64,000 bases of DNA. Origin: Octopus sinensis. Lineage: Eukaryota. The position numbers were made by a program, and so were the translations under genes. Shown piece by piece: positions 24,289 to 35,580 of the stretch. The notes beneath the pieces are model-generated. The model did not search any database. It was given only the letters and a program-made list of their open reading frames with translations, and was not told where the DNA came from. Location of the stretch: the NCBI RefSeq assembly GCF_006345805.1, contig NC_043016.1, positions 18,848,001 through 18,912,000 on the forward strand. Direction: 5' to 3'. Each line of letters starts with the position of its first letter. The first letter of the stretch is position 1.

Positions 24289-26798
24289 CATACATAGATT
24301 TATATATTGTATCTGTTATATTTACTACATTTAGAAAACCGAAGCGGGTACAGCACATGGTCTCTAATAAACGTTGTCAGTTTTATATATATATATTTAA
24401 ATATGAATGGAATGAGGTCAGATGAAACCAAAATCAGTAGTAACTGCTTCAAGTCTCTCAGTGTATTGTAGCAACTCCTACCCTGTTGGGACGGAATCAG
24501 AGGATTTGCTGCACTCAATAACCAAGTATGATTACGATTTGGTGCATTCGGTGACCAAACACGATTACTTAAGATTAATTGATTCCCCGATTTCTATATG
24601 TTGAGTTTGAGTTGTTTCTCGATTCCATCAAAACACCATTAATCGGCTTCTTTGGTGATTTCGGTACACATATTTTACGCTTCATAATTGTTGTGGAGAT
24701 CATAGCAAACAGTAATTTCTCTGTCTACCCAATACAGTTTCGGAATGTTATTTGCCTTGTTTGGTAGACAGAGGAAAATTACGTTGGATGTATACAATTA
24801 ATGCGTCCGTTTAGTTGTGTTTAGTTTTTCAATTTAGTTTTGTTTTGTTTTGTTTTGTTTTATTTTGTTTTGAATGACAAGGTAAAATATGAACAATAAA
24901 ATTCATGCCAGATAACATTTATATTTATGTCAGATGAAAAAAATATCCAGCTGCCAGTAATATCCGGATTGATATAGAATATATAGAATAATACAGTACA
25001 TGCTACATTTCTTATAAAATAACAGTTCCATTCACCTTAGCGGACGGGTGAAAATGCTGTAAAAGTCATTCTAAAAGAGAAATTGAAAGTAGATGCAAAA
25101 GATACAATAATTCTCTTCATATACACCTGTGAAACTTTTTCCTTGTGCTTCATCCTCTGTCCAACGTAAATGAACGTCGTAATCAAGATGGATTACGCCC
25201 ATGATCAAGCCTCTGTTAGGCAGTAGACTATGAAGCGTATAAAAGACTTCTTTTTAATATGCTTTGTAATTTGATGGAGATTTGTCTATTTGATAATCCA
25301 TTGCGTGGCTACGTAGAGGTTCTTTGTCTGTTCATCTTGGACATATTTTGGGGTACTTTCCTATTAGCAACAGCTAATTTTTTATTTCCTAAATGGCTAC
25401 TAAATAAACTATACTTTCGTGAGATAGTTGTAACAGTTGATCGGCAAAGATTTAGGGAAGCTCTCATGACGAATGGAGAAGAAAAAAGGCAAAGGTTTAA
25501 TAGTTTCTTTACAATTCCTTCAGTAAATAAAAAAAATTGGCTGCCGATAAAAAGAAAATATCACTTTTAGAGTTCAAATTATCATCGATTTAGAATAAAT
25601 TTTATTTGTAAATATGTAAGCTTTAAAAACATTTAAAGAAAATTATTTTACTAAAATATTTCCTGGTCTAAATACGTTCACATTTCAGGTAATTCAACAG
25701 AAGGTCAAGGAATAAATTTCAAATAACATAGCTGAATCATTCTTATTAGTGAACTGAAATATATCCATGATACAAAAATCAATAAATCAAATAAAATCCT
25801 AACCTTACACTAGTAATAACTAAATTTTAGGTAACAAATAAATAAAAAAAAAACATTAATCGTCTGCAATGAAGGCAAGTTAAAAGTTATTCTACGATAT
25901 AAGTTAAGGGCTTATTATGTCTGTAACAATATAAGCTAATAAAACCAAATTTACGTGACTACCTATGTCAGCCGAGTCTTTTTTCGAATTACACATTATG
26001 TTAAAAAAATAAATAAATAAAGAGAAGGTCATATTTTATTACACATCCTAAATATAAAATTTCAGAAAAACAGAGGGGGACTCTGGTTGCTGCAGTCTAT
26101 TTGGTTTGCTCTTTAAACAATTACCTAGACCAAAACAACTATAAATGTACCAGCAAAATAATATTGCTATCTAAACGCCAAACTATCACAAATAAACGAT
26201 CCTTTGAACAAGTGTCTCTCAAATTTGCTCCACTGTAATGAAAGAACATAGTTAAGATTTATTACAACTGTAATTAGGTATGTATATTATATTTGTTCAA
26301 CTTCTTTAGCACAATGTATTTCTCGTTAGAAAATCAAGGGCAAAAAATACGCCGATGATGCTAGGGCATTACACAGATTGCAACAGCAATGAATTTTCGC
26401 CACTCAGGCAATCAGTTTAATAGTTGCAAATCACGTCAGCACATGAACAATATACATCTTCATTTCTTTGCTATACAACGGGTTTGTTACAAAAAGGAAG
26501 CAAAATGTAATATAGGAAACAAGCAAATTCAACAAAATATACTCTCAGTAATTTTACACATGCATATACGAACTTATTTTAAAAATACAATACATATGGG
26601 GATGCATATGTATGTATCTGTGTGTGTGCGTGTATTTACATACATACAGAGAGAGAGAAGCAGAAAGGTAGACAGACAGACATAATGCATGCATGTGTAT
26701 ATATATATATGTATATATATATATATAATACACGAGTATATGTATATATATATTTATTTATATATACATATGTATGTATCTCCCACCTTGTCTCTCTC

Positions 26799-26841
<43 letters not shown>

Positions 26842-26846
26842 TATAT

Positions 26847-26902
<56 letters not shown>

Positions 26903-26972
26903 TATATATACATATATATATAGTTCCGTGATGGTAAGATCAACAAAAAGAGTACTCCATCTGGTGAGAGAT

Positions 26973-27275
26973 AATATTATTTAGTAGGCACAATACATGT
27001 TTTTATGTGCTACTAATAGTTTCTTGTGCTGAGAGCATGCCAAACAATGTATTATAACACGTCGGATATCTCAGTAGAGTCATCAGGCACAGTCCACATG
27101 GCATAACGAAGTAAAATTTTAATCAGTTCAATCAATTTATAGTTCATGCTATGTGGGCTGTGCCTGATGACTATGCCTAGATATCAGACTATTATAAGAC
27201 TTTGTTTAGCATGTTCTTAGCACAAGAAAATATTAGTAGCATATAAAACATGTATAGTGTCTATCAAATAATATA
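26973..27275. repeat. ~300-bp foldback element
   Basis: taggcacaatacatgttttatgtgctactaata... versus ...tattagtagcatataaaacatgtatagtgtcta; inner gagtcatcaggcacagtccacat / atgtgggctgtgcctgatgact. Confidence 0.9.
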
Positions 27276-27379
27276 TATAATATATATATAAATTGTGTCT
27301 ATTAAATAATATATATTCTGTCTATTAAATATTATATATATATATATATATATATAAAGTAAAGACTATTTGCCAACAT

Positions 27380-28560
27380 AATGTGTGTGTCCTGGAAGGG
27401 ACGATTGATACTGTTATTTAGCCTCAAGAAACATCATTTCCAGCTGGCTATACGACACAATATCTGTGCACTTGTATTTTCGAATAGGGAGTCCAGCAAA
27501 AAGCAACATCTGTGGACCGATTTCTGGGTTATTGCGTGTGGTCCTTCATTTTCTTTTTTGTTTTTGTTTGTGGGGGAGAAGCTACAAACGTGGCATCACT
27601 CTCATCTGCCCTTCACAGTTACTCACAGTTCTGCCTCTTCAACTATTCGGGCTTTACACGGAGAAGCACTTCCACTGTGACTTCAATCCAGTTCTCCGTC
27701 CTTCTTTCACTTGAAGTCCAAGAGACTATCACTATCCTTGAGAACTATGCATGCCAGGATCTGATGGGAACGCTTAATTCTGGTTGGACCGCTGGTATCA
27801 TTATTTCTACAGCTGATCTTCTTCCCAAATAGGAAAGTGAACGAAAACTTCCCTACGCGGGAGGCCACTGGGTACTGAATAGCCAGTGCCTCCCTCTTAA
27901 TGACCTTGACCCCGCCGAATTGCCTTGCTCTCGACATATGGCAGATGTCCTGCCATATATCGTGCAGGACACTATCAATTTGAGCTTTCGTTGAAGTTTC
28001 AGTCGGTTAGATTTAATGCTGATGCATATGAAGGTAACTGCTTTACAAGCAGTTGCAGCTAGCGTTGCAGATGGGAGAAAACCTCTAACCTTCTCTCCTC
28101 AGTTTTTCTAAGTCTAAACGCTATCGTCAATTCCAAGAATTTATCCTCTAGGAGGAGAGCAAAAAGCTCTCCTGTAGAGTCGCCAGCGAAGAAAGCCTTA
28201 TTGTTGTTGTTGTTAGCGGTGTCGTTGCTGTTGCTCCCACACTCGCTGCCTTTGTTATTTCCTTTCCCTTTGCCCTCGCTATTGACGTCAGTGCTGCTGC
28301 TGCTGCTGACACTGTTGTTGTCAATACTGCCACTACCACTTATGTCACTACCACCGCCACTGCTATTGCTACAGATGTTGTCGCCGCCACTGTTGCGGCA
28401 AATACTGCTGTTGCGAATGCCACTGCCGCCGCAATCACTGTGGCAACTTTTGCGAACGCTGTTTTGCTGCTGCTACACCACAGCCACTCTCGTCCGCCGG
28501 TACATAAGTTGGACTATCCACTGTAATCATAACAGTTATCTCCTTCAGTAAACAGTCTGA
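27380..28560 (-). pseudogene. Possible L1/Tx1 ORF1 remnant
   Basis: Q/N/S-rich 5' part and GC-richer body resembling the 56.9-58.1 kb ORF1 region; no clean motif seen. Confidence 0.3.
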
Positions 28561-29433
28561 GCTGATACTCCCGAATTATACAAGTAACAGGCTGCATCAC
28601 GTTTTCTGAGTAGAGTCGAAAATTTGGACACGAAATCTATGGTAATCCTTAATCTCGACAAGTGTCCTGGTACTAATAGAATTCAAGCGGTTCCTAAGGG
28701 CGCAAGACATTGTTAAAGTCACGCATCTACAAAGCGAGGACCAGAGACCAGAAGACCCGATCCTTTGTTCTCTTGCTCAAGTATCGGAAGCACCAAACTC
28801 CCTTGTCCAATGAGTCCTCAACTGATCAGCGCCTACAAGTATTTCTAGACTTCAGACTCACAGTTAATGCTGGGAGGGATCTCGTTGCTGAAATAAGTTG
28901 TCAGGGAAATATTCTTTCTAACGTTTGTATTTGCAAAATTGTCATTTTTCCTTAAAATATGACATGAATCCCGAAGAAATGTTACATATACATCATAAAG
29001 GAAGTGGAAGAAAGTTTAAGTGAAACAAAGAGAGAGAGAGAGAGATGGTGGTGGAGAGAGAGAGAGAGAGATGGTGGTGGAGAGAGAGAGAGAGATGCGG
29101 AGAAATAAGTTTGTTAATGTCTGCTTTAGTAATTACTGTAGTAGCCATGGCAAAGACAGATTACATCAAAGAGAAAAATGTTTGTCATCTGCCCGAATCA
29201 ACGTGCTGAAACAAAAAAAAAACATCAACAACAAAAATTGACTACGATCACGTCAACAAAAACTACGACAATAATAACAATAATAATATCTTTGCAAATA
29301 CCCGATTGCAAGAAAGAATATGGAAACAATTATAAACGCAACATTACCGTATCGGATTCATGAGACTTCCATCTTCAGAGTGTAGAGCATACAGAAGCAA
29401 TCATTTATATAAATTTATTGAATGAAAATAATA

Positions 29434-29750
29434 GGAAAACCCAGAATCACAGTTCAGCTCAAGTGGAAATATATCTGCCTCTTCAAATTCCCCCAGAAGT
29501 TGATTAGGAGTTGGCTCTATTCTAGGACACTGGAACATGTCTACCGCATATCGTCTTTGACCATAAATTATAGGCAAAGGAAAAAAAAAGAAAATAAAGG
29601 AAAACCCAGAATCACAGTTCAGCTCAAGTGGAAATATATCTGCCTCTTCAAATTCCCCCAGAAGTTGATTAGGAGTTGGCTCTATTCTAGGACACTGGAA
29701 CATGTCTACCGCATATCGTCTTTGACCATAGATTATAGGCAAAGGAGAAA
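29434..29750 (+). repeat. 165-bp tandem duplication
   Basis: ggaaaacccagaatcacag at 29434 and 29599; one substitution over the aligned core. Confidence 0.95.
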
Positions 29751-30329
29751 AAAAAACTATCCGTTATATCTTGCTAAAGAAGGTGTTGGATTAGTCTTCA
29801 CCATGTCCCTGTAATAGCTAGATGTGTCCCCCACATAAATCTTCAACATAAGTTCTGTATCGTTCCTCTTATTAACTTAAAGTCAGAATGGAGGGTGGAT
29901 TGGAAAGGTAAACCCTTAACCTAAAAATATCTGTACATGACATAAAGATGATTATTGCTGTTCATTTTCAATAGAAAGGGGGAAACATATAAATCGAATT
30001 ATTCATTCATAAACAACGAAAAGAAAATTTTAATAATATAAATTACGAATGAGTTCTTTGTTTTAATTAATTATTTAGCGACATATGACATTATTTTCTT
30101 TGCTGCATTAATTGGTAATTGGCTGCTTCATAAGATGGCGTAAAATCATACCTGCAGAATAAGCGAAGGTTATAGAAGGAGCAGCAAATACATTTCTCTC
30201 AAGTGGTCTAAATCTCGTAAACCCAAGTCAGAAATATAGCGTTATTGTTTCTCTTTGTATCTATACATTATCTATATTTAGATTTAGCTAACTTCTACTG
30301 TTCACCTTCAGGAAATTGTCTGCTACTCC

Positions 30330-30620
30330 CTTGTGATGTAGACAAACGTTATTCGTGAACACATCCCATTTTTGTTGAACGTCGTATCAGATCTATACAT
30401 TATAACAGGAAGCTTTATGAAAATAAACAAAAGACGAAGGCAGGTGGAATACAAACAAACAATTGTATTAGTATGGCGCTCAGGAATATAAATAAAACAA
30501 GTCTTTTACATTTCAAGCCTACGCTCTTCAACAGAAAGATACACAGAAAAGAAACACAGAAAGAAACAAGGAGAGAAAAAAATGCGTGCAGGGGCTAGCG
30601 AATCAACATGGTGGTGAGTG
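30330..30620 (-). mobile_element. Penelope-like terminal-repeat fragment carrying a hammerhead motif
   Basis: Contains the hammerhead fold at 30502-30539; family assignment is inferred from that architecture. Confidence 0.5.
30502..30539 (-). ncRNA. Minimal type I hammerhead with A6U core
   Basis: rc: tcttt-CTGtTGA-a-GAGC-gtag-GCTT-GAAA-tg-TA-aaaga. 5-bp stem I, 4-bp stem II, minimal stem III, GUA triplet. Confidence 0.6.
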
Positions 30621-30948
30621 TGTGTTTATCTGTGTGTTAGTGAGTTTGTGCATTTATATGTACGTTTGTGTGTGTATAAGTGTCTCTTGGTTTATAGTAG
30701 ATTTGCACGTTTATCGTTTTGGGTAGCATTTCTTCATATATTTTTCTTAATTTGCATATGCACAAACACCGCTTCATCGTTTCCATTTCAGCTTTTCCTT
30801 TTCCGAGTAATTGATTTAAATTTTGCTTCTTTAATATTGATGTATACAACACATAAAACTAATATATAAATTAAAATACACACACACAGGCACACACACA
30901 CACACGCAGACACACACACGCGCACGCACACATATATATATATTTATA

Positions 30949-31180
30949 AGGCGGCGAACTGGCAGAAATGTTAGCACGCCGGACGAAATGCTTAGCGGTA
31001 TTTCGTCTGCTGCTACGTTCTGAGTTCAAATTCCGCCGAGGTTGACTTAGCCTTTCATCCTTTCGGGATCGATGAATTAAGTACCAGTTACGCACTGGGG
31101 TCGATATAATCGACTTAATCCGTTTGTCTACCCATGTTTGTCCTCTCTGTGTTTAGCCCCTTGTGGGTAGTAAAGAAATA
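30949..31180 (+). mobile_element. Octopus SINE, full length
   Basis: Matches 8717-8948. Confidence 0.92.
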
Positions 31181-31239
31181 TATATATATATATATATATG
31201 TATAATTTAGAACAAACACTAAGTTGTCATTATATTACT

Positions 31240-31402
31240 GGGAGGCATGGCTATGTGGTAAAAAGCTTGCTTCCTAATGACATGGTTCCAGGTTGAGTTT
31301 CACTGCGTAGCACCTTCGGCGAGTGGCTTCTAATATAGCCTCGGGCCGACCACAGTTTTGTGAGTGGATTTGGTAGAAGAAAACTGAAAAAAAAAACCCG
31401 TC
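31240..31402 (+). mobile_element. Second tRNA-derived SINE family
   Basis: ggaggcatggctatgtggtaaaaagcttgc...ggttgagt head; related reverse copies at 35686-35820 and about 45370-45450. Confidence 0.7.
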
Positions 31403-31433
31403 ACTTAAATACACACATACACACTCATATATA

Positions 31434-32330
31434 CACGAGGTCTGATCAATAAGCATCCGGACTATTGCAATTTTAACAAAGCTAAAGAACGAAGAGTAAA
31501 GCCGCTTGGCACAGATTGACCTTGAACATTGTTGTGCTTGTGCCTTAAGTTTTAACGTTTTAGCTCACTTCCGCTGTTTACAGCAGTGCTTTGTGAGAAG
31601 GTGCGAAGCGTGTGTTCGTTGCATTGACCATGACAAAGTTGTCATGATGATACCTACTCAAAGACCAATTCAAATTTGCAGAAAGTGTATAGAGAGGAGT
31701 GTATGAACCACACACAAGTGTAAGAGTAGTTCCATGAGACGTTTCCAAGACGGCCGAAAAAATGTTGACATTGACGAACGTTCTGGGAGACCCGTAACCA
31801 GCAGAACTGAGAAAAACATCGCAGATGTGCATGCAGCTGTGAGAGGAAATTCTCGAATCACCATCCATGAATTATCAGAGGATGTGCTGATTAGTTATGG
31901 TTCGGTTCAGTCCAACCACTGCAGACCTGGGTAGGAGTTGCGTGTCTGCCAAGTTTTTGGCAAAATTGCTTTCAGCTGACTAAGAAAACACCCGGATTTC
32001 AGTTGCACAAGATCTCCTTGATTGTGTCGAGAACGATGAAAACCTTTTGAAAACTTTGAGTAGACCTCTGAGCAGGTATCGCCAAGCTTTTGGCAAAATT
32101 TGATATATATTCTCAGCTCAACTTATTCTGTTATGGTCAATGTGACGATCACACGCTACAGGCGTTCCTTCCAAGCACTGCAGGAAACAACGGAAGTGAA
32201 CTAGAACATTAAAACTCAGTTCACATGCACAGCAGAGTTTCAGGTCAATTTGTACTCAGCGGCTTTACTCTGCGTACTTTAGTTTCGTTACTATTGCAAC
32301 AGTCTGTATACTTATCGATCAGACCACGTA
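31434..32330 (+). mobile_element. Non-autonomous mariner derivative with ~200-bp inverted ends and HTH-only coding remnant
   Basis: TA|cacgaggtctgatcaataag versus cttatcgatcagaccacgta|TA; arms 31434-31633 and 32130-32330 align. RFQDGRKNVDIDERSGRPVTS..NSRITIHELSEDVLISYGSVQ; no DD34D domain. Confidence 0.88.
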
Positions 32331-32397
32331 TATATATATATATATATATATAAAGAGAGAGAGGGGGGGACAGACAGACAGACAGACAGATAGATAA

Positions 32398-32456
<59 letters not shown>

Positions 32457-32544
32457 CATACATACATACATACATACATACATACATACATACATACATA
32501 CATAGATACATACATATATACATAGATAAATAGATAAATAGATC

Positions 32545-32632
<88 letters not shown>
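32329..32632. repeat. (TA)/(GACA)/(GATA)/(CATA)n compound microsatellite
   Basis: Directly visible. Confidence 0.97.
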
Positions 32633-32923
32633 TGTGTGTATCCTTATGCCTGTATTTGTCTACCAGCCTCGCTTGACAAATAGCGAATGATAGAATAAGA
32701 TTCAGGCTTACATATACACACATATGTATGCATACATTTATGAATATGTGTCTTTCTGTTCGTGTTTGTCTCATACTATCGTTTCGCAACCAGTGATGGT
32801 TTGTTTACATTCTCGTTATCTAGTAGTTCGGCAAATGAGAACGATAAAGTAAGTAACATATTTTTTTAAAGTATATACTTCGGTCGATTTGTTCGACTAA
32901 AACTGTTCAAGGTAGTGCTTTAC

Positions 32924-33955
32924 CCGACATTAATGCTATTTTTAACCCCAGAAGGACACCTCCTCCAACTGATTATCCGATGCAATTTGCATCCCGTGTA
33001 TATTCGAAGCGGGGGAGTGAATACCTGCTACCTTCCAACCGTGAGACCACCAGACCACACGGTTTTGAGCTCTTTGTGCGCATCCTCGGTGGTGGACACT
33101 CATCCGCTAGAGATGGCAGTAGTTCACTCCGGCTCGCAATACATAGAAAATAATTGACACCCAGTCAAGAAGCAAATTAGCTAGTAAGAAAATCTCTAAA
33201 AGATGTGAAAGCTGTAACTATAAAGAGAAGTAATATTTATCGACACTTAAATATGGCTGTTCCGTAGGGACCGACGCTACTGCTATTTTTTACCGCAGGA
33301 AGATGTTTCCAACTGGGTATTCGGTGCTATGTGCTACATTGCAAGCAGGGTAAAGAACACCTTCCACCTTCTATCCAGAAGAACACCAGACCGTACGGTT
33401 TCGAATTCTTTGTGGCCGTCTGCCGTGAGTTCATTCCCAGATTTGCAGTATATATCGGATGCAGATTGCATCGAACAACCAGCCTTAAAAATAGCAATAA
33501 CGCCGGTTTCTACGGAACAGCCATATTGAAGTGATAATAAGCATCACTTCTCAGTATAGTTACTACTTCCATCTGTTATAGAGCTTTTCTAACTAGCTAA
33601 TTTGCATGCTACAAGATTAGTGACTGGGTGTCACTATTTTTCTATTTATTGAATTTAGAGTGACCTACTGTTATCTGTAGCGAACGAGTATCCACCACCG
33701 AGTATGATCAGAAGGAGCTCCATACCATACGGTCTGGTGGACTCGTGGCTGGACGATGGTTGGGGTTCGCTCCCCTGCTCCCAATATATATATCGGATGT
33801 AGATTGCATCGAACAACCAGCTGGAGAAGGCGTCCTCCTGGGCTTAAAAATAGTAGTAACGTCGGTCCCTACGGATCAACCATGTTTAAGTGGCAATAAA
33901 TATTACATTTCAGTATAGTTACGGCTTTCATATCTTATAGCAATTTTCTTGTTAT
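32924..33955. repeat. ~1-kb foldback built from two inverted tandem arrays of a ~340-bp unit
   Basis: ccgac..ctatttttaac at 32924 and 33271 (period 347). tatatcggatg.agattgcatcgaacaaccagc at about 33451 and 33789 (period 338). The arms are reverse complements about a centre near 33405. Confidence 0.8.
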
Positions 33956-34003
33956 ATATGTATGTGTACATACAGAGACATGCACACAGACATACACACA
34001 GAA

Positions 34004-34060
<57 letters not shown>

Positions 34061-34157
34061 TATATATATATATATATATATATACATACATACACATTAA
34101 TGCATATATATGTAGACATATATACATACGTACAAATATATATATACGTCCCCCTAG

Positions 34158-34322
34158 CATTACTTGACAACCGATGCTGGTGTGTTTACGTCCCCGTCAC
34201 TTAGCGGTTCGGCAAAAGAGACCGATAGAATAAGCACTGGGCTTACAAAGAATAAGTCCCGGGGTCGATTTGCTCGACTAAAGGCGATGCTCCAGCATGG
34301 CCACAGTCAAATGACTGAAACA
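34158..34322 (+). mobile_element. 3' part of a further octopus SINE family
   Basis: gtgtttacgtccccgtcacttagcggttcggcaaaagagaccgatagaataag..cagtcaaatgactgaaac; related pieces at 32770-32910, 16200-16290 (rc) and 23405-23440 (rc). Confidence 0.7.
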
Positions 34323-34364
34323 TTTAAAAAGAGAAGAAAAAAAGAGTAAGAGTATACATACATA

Positions 34365-34404
<40 letters not shown>

Positions 34405-35084
34405 AACATACATACATGTATATACATATATACACACTCAGACGAGTTGGAGATATATATATTCATATTTATATATAAATTCATACACCTAGTGTGGAAT
34501 TGTCCCAGCATTGTCTATAGACCGAAGAAAATAAAAGATTTATCTGTTAGTTGTTTCAGTCATTAGATGCGCCCATGCTGGGACACCACTTTGAAATGAT
34601 TTTAGTTGAAGAGATCGAACACAGTATTTGTTTTCTAACTTGTACTCATTCTAACGGTGTCTTCGCGGAACAGCTAGTCATGGAGGGTAGGGGTAAAAAA
34701 ATCAACACCGGTCGTCAAATGGTGGCCGGGGACAAAGACAGAAGCAAAGACCTGCATACACAAACTTGTATGTATGTATGTATGTATAATAGTTTCTCCC
34801 GTTAAAAAACGACGTATGAGCGTTCAGGAAAGAAGCTGGAAGTATTAAAAAGAAGGTAACATTCTGACAAATGACCCGCTGATCTGGAAGGTCACAACGT
34901 ACAAACACAAGAATGGCAGACTCACAAAAATACACTATCCACAACAGATAAAAAAAAATGCGATAATATAGTTAGTTTATTTTTCATTTTATACAGTTTA
35001 ACTATGTACAGATACGAATTCTACAATATAGTTAATTTGTTTTCATTATTCACATTTATAATATATAGAAAGAATTTTTTATTT

Positions 35085-35580
35085 AATTTGCCTAAGTATT
35101 TTCAGTGTTGAAGGTGTTTTACACGATCGATTACAGGTTGCACATGTCAGCTTTACTTTACTTCGAACAGCATGTGCGACGGAAATGGCTTGATATACCA
35201 GCATATGATCGGGAGGCAAAGTTACGATTGGGACAGAGATAGTTTTCAAAATTTTATTTTTGATAATTACACTTTTTGTTTCCATGCAACTGGTAATGCC
35301 GATGGACTCTTTGTGCTTCAAATTTTACTGGTCCTATGTGGCACTAACTTCTCCAGCATCTGGTTTTATTATTATTTTTTTTTTTTGCAATACCTTTCCA
35401 CTCATTGCGTTTTATGTCGGGGCGTTTAAAATTATCCCTAAATTTGTCTTCATACTATAGTGACGGTCTACCAACCCTACGTCGTGTAGTATTTTAGTTG
35501 TCCATAAAAGGCTTGCTTTGGAATTCTATCACCGTTCATTCGCAAATGCAGTGACAAAATATCACTGTTCAACACACCAT
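35085..35580 (-). pseudogene. RTE-clade LINE 3' fragment with decayed C2H2-like finger
   Basis: RMNGDRIPKQAFYGQL, IKRNEWKGIA..RCWR...FEAQR, TCATCNRSCKTPSTLKI. Confidence 0.7.

Noticed and set aside
25259-25570. 103-aa ORF as a host exon
   Set aside because: A plausible acceptor exists at about 25357, but there is no recognisable domain or good donor; it cannot be told from chance.
29760-29876. Minus-strand frame NKRNDTELMLKIYVGDTSSYYRDMVK after a ctgactttaag acceptor
   Set aside because: Short, with no convincing donor or homology recognisable by eye.
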